62,642 nucleotides of DNA from an uncultured Gammaproteobacteria bacterium (GCA_964602485.1 CAZRQU010000004.1:946-63587), one strand, 5' to 3'. Positions 24,845 to 34,168 are shown, numbered from the stretch's first letter. Numbers and translations are program-made. Notes: generated from the letters alone by a model not told the origin.

Positions 24845-27019
24845 TTGCCAAGAAAGAGAGCTATATATCCTTGTGAAGTCTTGAAGGAAAAGTTGTCACA
24901 GCTGGGAATATTCAGTCAAAAGGAGTATGAAAGATATCGGGATTCTTTAGCCAAGGAGGAAAGAGCTAATTGGCCCAGGGAGCCCAACAGGGCTTACGAA
25001 GAGCCGGTTTTCATCTATTCTAAGAAGTATTCAGCCAAGGAATTGCGGGTCAAATTGAAAAAACTCGGAATCTGGCGAATGAAGCAATATTTGGAATATC
25101 GTCGGAATTTGCCGGAAGACGAAAGATCCAGGTGCCCCGGAGATCCGAATCGGGTCTATGGAGAGCGTTTCTTCAAGCCCGTTAAGATCTATTCCTATGC
25201 CATCCTAAGAAGGAGAGTCAGGGAAGCTGGCATAAGGAGCTTTGAGAAGTATTGGTCTTACAGAGATTCTTTGCCGGATAAGGAAAAGGCCAGATGGCCA
25301 TGCGATCCGCACAGGACTTATGGAAGTCGATATGACTTTGAGGATCTTTTTGGGGTACCCAAACATGAGACCAAGAGGCTTGAACTTTGCGATCTTGAGG
25401 AATTATTAAAGGGCGTGAGGGAGCTTGGCATCGGATCGTATGAAGAGTACACCCGCAGTTTGGGTAGGCTTTCAGCGGTCTGCGGGAAGAAATTCCCTAA
25501 GAGTCCGAGACAAGCCTTTGGTGACCTTTATGATGCCGGCAAGGTTTTCATAAAAGGATCGCCTTATCACTCGTACGAGATGATCAAGCGGATAGTCAAG
25601 CGGGAGGACTTGAGAAGCCATGAGGAATATCAGGCTTATCGGTCCAGGTTGCCGGAGAAGAAAAAAAGCCGGTACCCTCATCGCCTCTCTTATTATCCTG
25701 AGTATTGTGCCAAGGCTTTGTTCAAAGTTCGAGTGTACAGCCAGATAGAGCTCAGGCAGTTGATCCGCGAAGCCGGCATCAGGGGCAAGGAGGCCTATCA
25801 CGCCCATCGGATGTCGCTTGCTTTGCGGGAGAGAAGGAGATGGCCGTCAAATCCGGAAAAGACCTATGGCATCGCTTATTCCCGAGCCTTCTACAACATA
25901 GAAGATTGGGAGGTCAACGGTTATCATCCTATACCAGTCCTTTCACGCAAGGCCAGAAAGCTGGGCGCCACCAGCATTAAGTCTTACAGGCGGATGAGAA
26001 GTGCTATCAAGGATGATCAAGAGCGGGCCAAATGGCCGATAGATCTGAAGAAGGCTTATCCTGACTTCAATTATTATGCTTTTTTCGGCAATCGTCCTCC
26101 TGAAGATCGTTTCTATCCTTACGAGACCATGAAGCGCAAGGTTCATAGTTTCCGGCTAAGGACCAGGGAGCAGTATCGGGAATGGAAGAAGAATATCAAG
26201 GATCCTTTTGAACGGAGGCGTTGGCCTTCGCAGCCGCGCGAGGTTTACGATCAATTCGATCCGGACGATTTCTTTTATCGGCCGCCGAAGGATAAGATGA
26301 GCTTTAAGGAGGCTCAAGAATATTTAGAGCAGAGAAAGGCGGTTTTCGTTTCTGATTATAAGCGGTTACGGAAAGTCGAGCCTCGTCTTCCTTGGGATCC
26401 GGCCGGGTTCTGGCGGAAGAACGGCAAGAATTCGGATCAGCTTTTTCTTTATCGGAGGTCTGGTCCGCTGATCAAGGCCGGAAACATCTATTATTATGAG
26501 TTGGCCGAATATCAACTTTTCTTACGGACGAACGCCATTCTTACTCGGGTGCAATATCTGAAGGCAAGAAGTCGTTTGCCGGACGAAGAAAGGAAGTTTT
26601 ATCCAACTCATCCGGATCAGATATATCCGAGGTTCTATGGAACAGATGACGGCATCTTTGAGAATACCGATTTCTTCAAGCTATGGGGAGAATTCTCTTC
26701 AGCGGCCGAGATGAGTCAGGCAGTAAGAGCCTTGGGTGTTCGTAGTCAAAAGGGATTCACCAAGATAGTCGAGGAAATACCAGCTTTTTCTGTTGATCCA
26801 ACAAGCTTCGGTGATTGGCCGGGCAAGCTTCTGGGGCATACGGAAAAGGAGGCTTGGGAGATATTCTTAGGTTTTTACGACCATAGCCTTAATTATCATC
26901 CAGAAGAGGAACGCGAGCCGAGGACTAGCGAGATGGAGCCGGACGCAGAGCCTACGGATGATGATATTGCCAAGATGCTGGCCGAGATGGGCGATCCGGT
27001 TGAAGCTTTTGATGATTGA
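24845..27019 (+). CDS. Tandem-repeat protein (about 11 repeats of 55-70 aa) with acidic tail
   Basis: TTG start 5 nt after AAGGAGG. Repeat core: L..LGI.S..EY..YR..LP..E...WP..P...Y (e.g. YLEYRRNLPEDERSRCPGDPNRVYG; YWSYRDSLPDKEKARWPCDPHRTYG; YREWKKNIKDPFERRRWPSQPREVYD). C-terminal DAEPTDDDIAKMLAEMGDPVEAFDD. Confidence 0.7.
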   Translation: MPRKRAIYPCEVLKEKLSQLGIFSQKEYERYRDSLAKEERANWPREPNRAYEEPVFIYSKKYSAKELRVKLKKLGIWRMKQYLEYRRNLPEDERSRCPGDPNRVYGERFFKPVKIYSYAILRRRVREAGIRSFEKYWSYRDSLPDKEKARWPCDPHRTYGSRYDFEDLFGVPKHETKRLELCDLEELLKGVRELGIGSYEEYTRSLGRLSAVCGKKFPKSPRQAFGDLYDAGKVFIKGSPYHSYEMIKRIVKREDLRSHEEYQAYRSRLPEKKKSRYPHRLSYYPEYCAKALFKVRVYSQIELRQLIREAGIRGKEAYHAHRMSLALRERRRWPSNPEKTYGIAYSRAFYNIEDWEVNGYHPIPVLSRKARKLGATSIKSYRRMRSAIKDDQERAKWPIDLKKAYPDFNYYAFFGNRPPEDRFYPYETMKRKVHSFRLRTREQYREWKKNIKDPFERRRWPSQPREVYDQFDPDDFFYRPPKDKMSFKEAQEYLEQRKAVFVSDYKRLRKVEPRLPWDPAGFWRKNGKNSDQLFLYRRSGPLIKAGNIYYYELAEYQLFLRTNAILTRVQYLKARSRLPDEERKFYPTHPDQIYPRFYGTDDGIFENTDFFKLWGEFSSAAEMSQAVRALGVRSQKGFTKIVEEIPAFSVDPTSFGDWPGKLLGHTEKEAWEIFLGFYDHSLNYHPEEEREPRTSEMEPDAEPTDDDIAKMLAEMGDPVEAFDD

Positions 27020-27028
27020 ACCAAGCGG

Positions 27029-27058
27029 GCGCGGAAAAATAATTTTCGCGCTTTTTTA
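27029..27058 (+). terminator. Intrinsic terminator
   Basis: gcgcggaaaa-ataa-ttttcgcgc followed by T6. Confidence 0.7.
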
Positions 27059-27172
27059 TTTTGGTCTATTTTTTTGTTTGCGAATTTTTCTCTTTGATTG
27101 TTTACAAATATTTAAAAAAGTGGTAGTCTATAGTGATATTTTGTTCTTTTCAACTAAACAAAGGAGGGTGCT

Positions 27173-28930
27173 ATGAGGCATGTATCATCCATTTTTTTCT
27201 TGGCGGTTATTATTTCATCTTTTTCCGCTACGGCCGGTTCCATTTCTGGTGTTGTCCTTGATTCGATAACCGGGAAGCCGGTTGTCGGGGCCAAGGTCAC
27301 TTTGTTTGATGTCGATCTTTACGATTCGACTTTCACTGATTCTTCCGGAGAGTTCAGTGTTGAAACCCCAACTCCGGTGATGACTCGTCCAAGAACCATT
27401 GTTCGTTCGGTGGCCAAAGATAAGCCCTCAAAGGTTTATGACCTTAGAGGACGTTTGGTCCATCGCCAGGATATGCGAGCGCCAATGTCGAGAGACTTGG
27501 CTTCTCAATTGTATATCAACAATGGACGCAAGATGCTTTCTCCTTTTAACAAAGGAAGAAGGTCTTATGAGAATAATGTCTCCTCTACTGGGGCGTTGGC
27601 CAAAGCCAGGGCTAGTAAATTCACTTTGGTCTTTGAAAAAAGGTCATATGTGAATGACACAGTTGGTTTGTCTAGCGAGGTTTCTGATCTTGAGGTTTTA
27701 ATGGATCTACCGCCCTATGTGGATTACCGTTCGGTCAAGATGAACTTTAGTCCTTATGTTAACGGGCAGAATCCGAACAGGGGAGTTTTTCTTCCCGAAG
27801 ATCAGATAGCCGAGCGTATGCGAATGGTGGTTCCATACACCAAGGTGATCAGGACATTTTCTACCACGCATGGGTTAGAGGTTTGTGGTAGAGTGGCTCA
27901 TGACTATGGCCTAACCACCTATATCGGAGCCTGGATAGGCAGGGATGACAGTGCCAATGCGGTTGAGGTCGACAGTTTGATAGCTATGTGCAGAAGAGGA
28001 GAGGTAGACACAGCCATTATTGGCAGTGAAGCGATGCTTAGGGGCGATGTTACGGAAGGGGAACTTATCAATATGATAGAGCGCTTCCGTGATTCAGTAC
28101 CTAATGTACCCGTTACCACTGCCGATGTTTATGGAGAGTTAGCTTCTCGTCCTGACCTCATAGCTGTTTGCGATTTCGTTTTTGGAAATTTTTATCCTTA
28201 TTGGGAAGGGGTGAAGATAGATTATGCGGTTGCAAACCTGCATTCATCTTATGAGAGCTTGCTTGAGCTCTATCCCGACAAGAAGATAATGATATCCGAA
28301 GCCGGTTGGCCGAGCGAAGGAGCTGTCTATGGGCAAGCCGAGCCATCCCTTGAGAATGCCAATTTTTATTTTCTCAATTTGATATCTTGGTCTAGGGCCG
28401 AGAGTGTGGATGTTTTCTATTTTGAGGCTTTTGACGAAGCCTGGAAGACAGGAGAAGGCACAGTTGGACCGCACTGGGGGATATTTGATACCGCCGGTGT
28501 TATGAAAGATGGGATGCAACCGGTTTTCGATGGCCAGACCATGGAAAACAACTGGGAATGCGACACCCTGCTTGATGGTCCCGGTGATCCGGAGATAGCT
28601 TTCACTTTTGTTCCGGAATATGGGACTCGCGATAATCTGGAGGGTAAGGTATCTCATGTGATACCAAAGGATCATGGAGTGGTGGTTTATATCAAAGTTG
28701 GCAGTCGTTGGTGGATAAAACCGACCTATGCTTCGCCGGTCACGCGCATAAATGTGGACGGCACCTGGATATGTGATGTCACTACCGGTGGTTATGATAC
28801 TCAGGCAACTGAATATCGGGCCATACTAACGGTTGCCGGGTATGATCCTCCTTCTCGAATGTCTTTGTTTTCCGAAGATAAAATAATCGCCGAGATCTCG
28901 GTGGTTCGTACCGTGCCTGAATCCGAGTAA
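27173..28930 (+). CDS. Secreted glycoside hydrolase family 17-like beta-1,3-glucanase with N-terminal CarboxypepD_reg-like domain
   Basis: Signal peptide. ISGVVLDSITGKPVVGAKVTLFD. GH17-type motifs MISEAGWPSEG and FYFEAFDEAWK. Confidence 0.75.
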   Translation: MRHVSSIFFLAVIISSFSATAGSISGVVLDSITGKPVVGAKVTLFDVDLYDSTFTDSSGEFSVETPTPVMTRPRTIVRSVAKDKPSKVYDLRGRLVHRQDMRAPMSRDLASQLYINNGRKMLSPFNKGRRSYENNVSSTGALAKARASKFTLVFEKRSYVNDTVGLSSEVSDLEVLMDLPPYVDYRSVKMNFSPYVNGQNPNRGVFLPEDQIAERMRMVVPYTKVIRTFSTTHGLEVCGRVAHDYGLTTYIGAWIGRDDSANAVEVDSLIAMCRRGEVDTAIIGSEAMLRGDVTEGELINMIERFRDSVPNVPVTTADVYGELASRPDLIAVCDFVFGNFYPYWEGVKIDYAVANLHSSYESLLELYPDKKIMISEAGWPSEGAVYGQAEPSLENANFYFLNLISWSRAESVDVFYFEAFDEAWKTGEGTVGPHWGIFDTAGVMKDGMQPVFDGQTMENNWECDTLLDGPGDPEIAFTFVPEYGTRDNLEGKVSHVIPKDHGVVVYIKVGSRWWIKPTYASPVTRINVDGTWICDVTTGGYDTQATEYRAILTVAGYDPPSRMSLFSEDKIIAEISVVRTVPESE

Positions 28931-28952
28931 TGATCCGAGGGAAGATGGCTCC

Positions 28953-28987
28953 AGAGTGTAGAAACTATGTTTCTGCACTCTTTTTTA
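28953..28987 (+). terminator. Intrinsic terminator
   Basis: agagtgtagaaac-tat-gtttctgcactct followed by T6. Confidence 0.7.
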
Positions 28988-29065
28988 TTATGTACAAAAT
29001 TATAATATTTGACATTTTTAAATAAAGAGATAAGATTAAAGAACAAGATAATTAAATTCGTTCTT

Positions 29066-29368
29066 ATGGAAGAAGATATAAAAATACTTTCCGAGGAAGA
29101 AATAGAAGAAGGGTTAAATGATCTTCCCGGTTGGGAGCGAGAAGGAAACAAGATAAAGAAGCAATTCGAATTTCCCTCTTTCCCCCTTGGATTGGAATTC
29201 ATAAACGGTTTAGCTCCTTTTTTCGAGGAGGTGGACCATCATCCGGATATTAGCATAGCCTACAAGAAGATAACCTTTGAATTGACCAGACACAGCGTAG
29301 GGGGGAAACTTACGAAAAAGGACCTCCAAGTGGCTAGTGAAATAGAAAAGGAGTTTTCTCAACAATAG
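29066..29368 (+). CDS. Pterin-4-alpha-carbinolamine dehydratase (PCD/DCoH)
   Basis: LPGWE.., EEVDHHPDISIAYKKITFELTRHS signature. Start moved to ATG 29066 (MEEDIKILSEEEI). Confidence 0.85.
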   Translation: MEEDIKILSEEEIEEGLNDLPGWEREGNKIKKQFEFPSFPLGLEFINGLAPFFEEVDHHPDISIAYKKITFELTRHSVGGKLTKKDLQVASEIEKEFSQQ

Positions 29369-29381
29369 TAGGACACATACT

Positions 29382-29410
29382 AAAAAAGCGCCATAAGGGG
29401 CGCTTTTTTT
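29382..29410. terminator. Bidirectional intrinsic terminator
   Basis: aaaaa-agcgcc-ataag-ggcgct-tttttt between convergent genes. Confidence 0.75.
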
Positions 29411-29419
29411 ATCGGTATA

Positions 29420-29581
29420 TTATTCCTCAAGAGGCTCTATCATGACCCATGGTTTGTTATGTTTGGTTATCAACAGGGCCTCGCGAGTATAATGCACTTG
29501 GTCTATGACCTCTTGGAAGTTTTGGCGAACATGGGTCGCCTTCTCTTCATTGACCTTTTTTGTGACCTTTTTACTCTTCAT
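29420..29581 (-). CDS. Phd/YefM-like antitoxin-type small protein (53 aa)
   Basis: Not in the ORF track (<60 aa). MKSKKVTKKVNEEKATHVRQNFQEVIDQVHYTREALLITKHNKPWVMIEPLEE. The ..R.NF.EVID.V....E.llIT.h.KP.vv.. pattern is typical of Phd/YefM N-terminal domains. No cognate toxin ORF is adjacent. Confidence 0.5.
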   Translation of the reverse strand: MKSKKVTKKVNEEKATHVRQNFQEVIDQVHYTREALLITKHNKPWVMIEPLEE

Positions 29582-29749
29582 GGTTTACTCGTAATTTTAT
29601 TTATCTTAATGACAGTATATCAAAATAATATAAATATGTAAATAGTATAAAAGTGTACAAAAATATAAAACTTGACATTTTTTTAAATAGAGTTACAATA
29701 AAGATGAAGCTGATAATTAAAAAATATATATGAAGGGAGGTAATATCAT

Positions 29750-30001
29750 ATGACAGGACTTAACGCAAAAGCTTTTGGATCAGCTTGCGGTGTATTATGG
29801 GGAATTGTATTTTCTGTAATGACCCTATTGGCGGCTACTACCGGATATGCTTTTGAAATGACCGGTTTGATCGGAAGTGTTTATCCGGCATTCAATATAT
29901 CAGTGGTTGCCGGAACATTGCTGGCTTTGGCGTATGGGTTTATAGACGCTTTTATAGGAGGATATTTGCTAGCTTGGTTTTATAACAAATTCAATAAATA
30001 A
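29750..30001 (+). CDS. Hypothetical small membrane protein (83 aa)
   Basis: GGGAGG RBS. Two to three hydrophobic helices. Confidence 0.55.
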   Translation: MTGLNAKAFGSACGVLWGIVFSVMTLLAATTGYAFEMTGLIGSVYPAFNISVVAGTLLALAYGFIDAFIGGYLLAWFYNKFNK

Positions 30002-30019
30002 TAATTAACGCCAAACCTT

Positions 30020-30343
30020 ATGGAAAATGTGAACACACAATTGGATAAAATGAAAACTATGCTGGATGATATGAAGGGATCATTGTCCAGAGAGAACGTT
30101 AAAGAAGACAGCCGTGACGGCAAGGTGGCCAAAGTGGCAGACAAAAGCAAAGAGGCCATAGATGAAATGGAGAAAAAGGTGGCCTTGCTAAGTGACAAGA
30201 TAAAAGAGATGAAAAAAAAGTATAACAACATGGATGACAAGAAGAAAAAAAGGCTATGGGCCGGGGTTGGGGCCTCTGTGGCCATGATAGCCGCCTTGGT
30301 TGGAGCTAAGAAAATTAAAGATAAGATAAATGAAGATAAATAG
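30020..30343 (+). CDS. Hypothetical coiled-coil protein with C-terminal TM helix (107 aa)
   Basis: Charged helical N-terminus, then WAGVGASVAMIAALVGA. Overlaps the next ORF by 14 nt. Confidence 0.5.
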   Translation: MENVNTQLDKMKTMLDDMKGSLSRENVKEDSRDGKVAKVADKSKEAIDEMEKKVALLSDKIKEMKKKYNNMDDKKKKRLWAGVGASVAMIAALVGAKKIKDKINEDK

Positions 30344-31460
30344 CGACAAAAAAATAAAATTGAGTATAATATTGGCCGCCGTCCTCTTGTTCGTCTCCGT
30401 TTTGTATCTAGGGTTCATAATAAATCGTAACGGTACAGGCGTTAGGGATGAACAAGAGGATGAGGTGGCGATAGAGAAGAGGTACGAGAATAAGCTGGTT
30501 TATACCACTGACGTGGAGAATGCAAATGAATATATCTATCGAGAAGACTGCGAGCAAAGAGGTGGAACTTTCAATGAGTGCGGAGATGTTTGTCCAAAGG
30601 ATGCTGATCTCTGCGCTCAAGTTTGCGCTTTCACTTGCTTGCTTGAAGGTGATGATGACCAGGAGCTGATATGGAAGAAATACACTGATCAGAAATTAGG
30701 ATTTTCCATCCCCTACATCAAAAGCATGGAAGTCGGAGCAGAAAGAAGGAATAGTATAGAGTTCATTTTTACCGGTCCTAAACAGAGTACTGGCACAGAG
30801 CTTTACGATGGTGTTCGAGTAGTTGTGTCTCGATTGAAATATCCTGAAAAACAGACCTTAAAGGAATTTAGTCAAGAATTATCCCAGCCGGCGCAAGGAA
30901 CCGGTGGAGAGGTGGTAAGGGAAGTTTCGCTAGAGACTGAATATGATCAGTTCACTTATTCTTTTAAGGTCAGCAGTTTAGGGGAGTATGAGCACAAGAT
31001 AGCCCTTGTGTATCCGGGCGAGGCTTTTGATGTCAGTTATTTTGTGTCCGAAGAGGATTATGACCATATAGCCAAAAGAATGGTGAAGGGCTTTAAGATA
31101 ACAGACGAACGCAAGCTTTCTTCTGAAAAAGATGGATTAGTTGAGATCCATTCCCCAAAAATAGGACAAAGCGTGTCATCTCCCTTAGTGGTAGAAGGAC
31201 AAGCTAAGAATGTTTGGTTCTTTGAAGCGAGCTTTCCGGTTGTTCTAACTGATTGGGATGGTCGGATAATGGCTCAGGCGCCGGCAACGACCAGTGAAGA
31301 TTGGATGAGTGAAGGAATGCATTCCTTTAGAGCTGAGCTGGATTTCGATCTTACAGATAACAACTTCATGCCTAGGGGGAATTTGATCCTAAGGAAGAGT
31401 AATCCTTCCGGACTACCAAAGAATGCAGATGGTCTGGAAATTCCCATATATTTCGAATAA
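30330..31460 (+). CDS. Membrane-anchored protein with Cys-rich segment and C-terminal Gmad2-like Ig domain
   Basis: N-terminal TM. CEQRGGTFNECGDVCPKDADLCAQVCAFTC. C-terminal VEIHSPKIGQSVSSPLVVEGQAKNVWFFEASFPVVLTDWDGRIMA resembles the Gmad2 immunoglobulin-like domain. Confidence 0.55.
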   Translation: MKINSDKKIKLSIILAAVLLFVSVLYLGFIINRNGTGVRDEQEDEVAIEKRYENKLVYTTDVENANEYIYREDCEQRGGTFNECGDVCPKDADLCAQVCAFTCLLEGDDDQELIWKKYTDQKLGFSIPYIKSMEVGAERRNSIEFIFTGPKQSTGTELYDGVRVVVSRLKYPEKQTLKEFSQELSQPAQGTGGEVVREVSLETEYDQFTYSFKVSSLGEYEHKIALVYPGEAFDVSYFVSEEDYDHIAKRMVKGFKITDERKLSSEKDGLVEIHSPKIGQSVSSPLVVEGQAKNVWFFEASFPVVLTDWDGRIMAQAPATTSEDWMSEGMHSFRAELDFDLTDNNFMPRGNLILRKSNPSGLPKNADGLEIPIYFE

Positions 31461-31488
31461 CTTCACAAGATAATTAAAAACCCCCTCT

Positions 31489-31719
31489 ATGCCATATAAT
31501 AAAGAGATAGATATCCCTTTGGATGTCAGGAAGAGATTATCTCCATCAGCACAGAGGCTATTTTTGGAAGTTTCGAGAAATGCTTGGAGAATTCATCAAA
31601 AGACAAAAGATGAAAGGATGAGCAGGGAGGAAGCGGCTACTAGAGCCGCCTGGACTGCGGTTAAGAACGATCATAGAAGGATAAAAGGAGGCTTATGGGT
31701 AAAAGAAAATAGTAGATAG
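31489..31719 (+). CDS. ChaB-family protein
   Basis: 76 aa. DIPLDVRKRLSPSAQRLFLEVSRNAW.. matches the ChaB domain pattern (lP..aq.if..afn.a). Confidence 0.65.
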   Translation: MPYNKEIDIPLDVRKRLSPSAQRLFLEVSRNAWRIHQKTKDERMSREEAATRAAWTAVKNDHRRIKGGLWVKENSR

Positions 31720-31728
31720 ATAATAAAA

Positions 31729-31765
31729 GACCCATCGCATTTCTAGGCGATGGGTTTTGTCTTTT
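31729..31765 (+). terminator. Intrinsic terminator
   Basis: gacccatcgc-atttctag-gcgatgggt followed by tttgtctttt. Confidence 0.7.
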
Positions 31766-31783
31766 AAAGATAGCCCGCTATGA

Positions 31784-31951
31784 TCAGTTGGCTGTGGCCA
31801 GTTCGCAGCTTCCGGGGTCAGCTCTGGTGTAGATCTCTTGTCGGGCCGTTTGACCCTTCTCTTGTTCTCGGAGACGATCTCCCCGAATAATACGCTGCGC
31901 CTGCGATGACTCTAGCATGGTCATTCTCTTTGGTCTGTCGTCAATGAACAT
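31784..31951 (-). CDS. Hypothetical small protein (55 aa)
   Basis: Not in the track. Strong RBS (aaaagggggaaatATG). MFIDDRPKRMTMLESSQAQRIIRGDRLREQEKGQTARQEIYTRADPGSCELATAN. No recognised family. Confidence 0.35.
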   Translation of the reverse strand: MFIDDRPKRMTMLESSQAQRIIRGDRLREQEKGQTARQEIYTRADPGSCELATAN

Positions 31952-32030
31952 ATTTCCCCCTTTTTTGATAGTGTAATTTTTATATAAGTTAATATTTTTT
32001 AGCAGTTATGTCAATATCTAAAGAATAAAA

Positions 32031-32055
32031 GAACCGTTTTTTGGAAAAACGGTTC
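32031..32055. terminator. Bidirectional terminator (perfect palindrome)
   Basis: gaaccgttttt-tgg-aaaaacggttc, overlapping the stop of the 32054-32263 gene. Confidence 0.7.
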
Positions 32056-32263
32056 AAATGATAATTATCAGCGCCATTGACCAACTTGCCAGAGAAAGAA
32101 AAAATGGTATTTTTAGATACCAGCAGGCAGTTGGCACCAGCTCGGAGTACCCCTTCATTTTTATGCAGACGAATATCAATCTGCTCGTACGGAAGAGTAG
32201 AAAAATGGTTGGGATAAGAGAAAGAACGAATATAAGGTGGTAGATCAAAAATAGAGTAAGCAT
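32054..32263 (-). CDS. Hypothetical small membrane protein (69 aa)
   Basis: Start placed at the ATG preceded by GAAAGGAGG (MLTLFLIYHLIFVLSLIPTIFLLF..). Two hydrophobic helices. Confidence 0.45.
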   Translation of the reverse strand: MLTLFLIYHLIFVLSLIPTIFLLFRTSRLIFVCIKMKGYSELVPTACWYLKIPFFLSLASWSMALIIII

Positions 32264-32455
32264 TTTAAACCTCCTTTCAAAGTATATTTCCATAATTAAA
32301 ATAATTTGTAAAGGGGGTGGATATTTTTGACACTTTTTGTTTTTAATGGTATATTACGGGTGTTCTAGTAAAGTAGATGCACTTTTATAATATAGAAGAT
32401 AGTATCTTTTCTGTCGTTTGAAAGCCTTTCAACCTAAACCAAAAGGAGTGTTGTT

Positions 32456-33331
32456 ATGAAAGGTAGCTTCCTTAAACTGTTTGTGGTCGCATCCATGGCC
32501 GCGCTGGTAGTCGGATGTTCTCAGAGTGACGGACCCATGTCCGTGGAGAACAGGTCAACGGGCGATGTCCCGGTGGTTGTTAACCTCGAAAAGGTTGGAT
32601 CCTTGGCCAAGGCAACAAAAACAGCTGCCATAAGCCTGGATTCGATCGTCTTTGATCTGACGGCCACTGGTGAAACCCCGGTCCACCACATGATACCGAT
32701 CTCCGGCAATTCGCAGCAGGTGGTGAACACCTCGCTTGAATTGGCTGCCGGTAAGAATTGGTCTATGACGGTTCGGACCTATGATGATGAGAGGCCAATG
32801 GATAATGTCCATTATGGCAGTACATCGTTCGATGTTGTTGAGGGGTCTAACCCACCAGTGACAATGTCGATAGACGCTCAGTATTCAATGTTGATGGTTC
32901 GGATAAATCCCGTTCCTGACAGTTCGACCTTTATGGCCTTGTATCAAGGCAATGATCCGTCGCAACTTTGGAGCCTGTGGGATGACACAACCTATTCCAA
33001 GGGAGAAAAGCCGGCCACTGATACGGTAAAATTGTATTACGACTGGCTCAACGTTGGGATGTCAACCAATATCCAGGTACTGATCCGCGGTGACTGGGAA
33101 GGCCAACCGAACACCGACCTTTATTGGGGAACTTTGAATATTCCCGATATCGTTGCCGGGCAGGACGCTGCCTACACTTTCACCCTTGGGTGGATCGGTC
33201 CGTCAGCTACCACCGGCACAGTTCCAATAGAAGTTACAGTTGGAAGCGTCGGTTTGATAACTGTTGATGGTGATATTTCCAGTGATCCACCGGTCATTCC
33301 CGACGATCCATCGCCAGATCCCAAACCCTAA
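32456..33331 (+). CDS. Hypothetical lipoprotein, paralogue 1 (291 aa)
   Basis: AAGGAG RBS. Lipobox LVVGCS. Shares VNLEKVGSLAKA, SGNSQQ, YSMLMVRINPVPDSS, IRGDW and GWIGP blocks with the next gene. Pro-rich tail. Confidence 0.65.
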   Translation: MKGSFLKLFVVASMAALVVGCSQSDGPMSVENRSTGDVPVVVNLEKVGSLAKATKTAAISLDSIVFDLTATGETPVHHMIPISGNSQQVVNTSLELAAGKNWSMTVRTYDDERPMDNVHYGSTSFDVVEGSNPPVTMSIDAQYSMLMVRINPVPDSSTFMALYQGNDPSQLWSLWDDTTYSKGEKPATDTVKLYYDWLNVGMSTNIQVLIRGDWEGQPNTDLYWGTLNIPDIVAGQDAAYTFTLGWIGPSATTGTVPIEVTVGSVGLITVDGDISSDPPVIPDDPSPDPKP

Positions 33332-33346
33332 ACAAGGAGATGAGAA

Positions 33347-34168
33347 ATGAGATCTTTTATTGCGTGCTCATTGATCGTCTCGTTCTTGGCTTTGCTGGCT
33401 GGTTGTTCCAAGAACAATCCTGTCTCAGAAGAGGCCACTTTGACCGGGTCTGTTAACGCAACGGTCTATTTGGAAAAGGTGGGTTCTCTTGGGAAAGCCA
33501 GAGCCCTGGGAAAAACATCAGCCATATCTTTGAGTAAGGGTTACTTACTGATCAGCGCTGATGGCGAGAACGATCTGCTTGATTCTATGGATCTTTCCGG
33601 GTCCTCTCAGCAGAATATGAACAAGATATTCTCTGATATAAAGGTCAAGCTCTGGAAGGCGGTTGCTTGGACTGTCGATCAGAATGATTCGATCATTCAT
33701 AAAGATTCGACAACTTTCACCATTGTTGAGAATGACACAGTTGATGTCAATCTCAACTTGAGCGCCAAGTACTCGATGTTCGAAGCAAGGATATTCCCAA
33801 TATCCGACAGCGCCAAAAACGCTGAGGTGTTGGTCAACGGAGAATTAGTTGTTGATTCGACCTTTGGGAAGAGTTCGTCACTCGACACGGTGAAAATGTT
33901 CTTTGATTATTTGCCGGCATCTCCAAGCCCGGGAACTTCGGTAACGATCAAAATGAATATCAGGGGTGATTGGATCGACGCCGATACATTACTTTGGACC
34001 GGCGAGAAGACATTTGATGTCATCTCGGGATCCGATCTGAACGAGACGATCGTTTTGAATTGGGTTGGTCCGGAGGTCGGTGGCGCTGACATCTCTGTTG
34101 TTATCGGAAAAGTAGGAACGGTCGTTGTTGACGGCGAGATCCAACCAAGGCCGAACAGCGGACCATGA
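33347..34168 (+). CDS. Hypothetical lipoprotein, paralogue 2 (273 aa)
   Basis: Lipobox LLAGCS. VYLEKVGSLGKA, SGSSQQ, YSMFEARIFPISDSA, IRGDW and NWVGPE blocks are collinear with paralogue 1. Confidence 0.65.
   Translation: MRSFIACSLIVSFLALLAGCSKNNPVSEEATLTGSVNATVYLEKVGSLGKARALGKTSAISLSKGYLLISADGENDLLDSMDLSGSSQQNMNKIFSDIKVKLWKAVAWTVDQNDSIIHKDSTTFTIVENDTVDVNLNLSAKYSMFEARIFPISDSAKNAEVLVNGELVVDSTFGKSSSLDTVKMFFDYLPASPSPGTSVTIKMNIRGDWIDADTLLWTGEKTFDVISGSDLNETIVLNWVGPEVGGADISVVIGKVGTVVVDGEIQPRPNSGP

Noticed and set aside
29459-29641. 60-aa + strand ORF
   Set aside because: It is antisense to the better-supported Phd/YefM-like gene and has no RBS.
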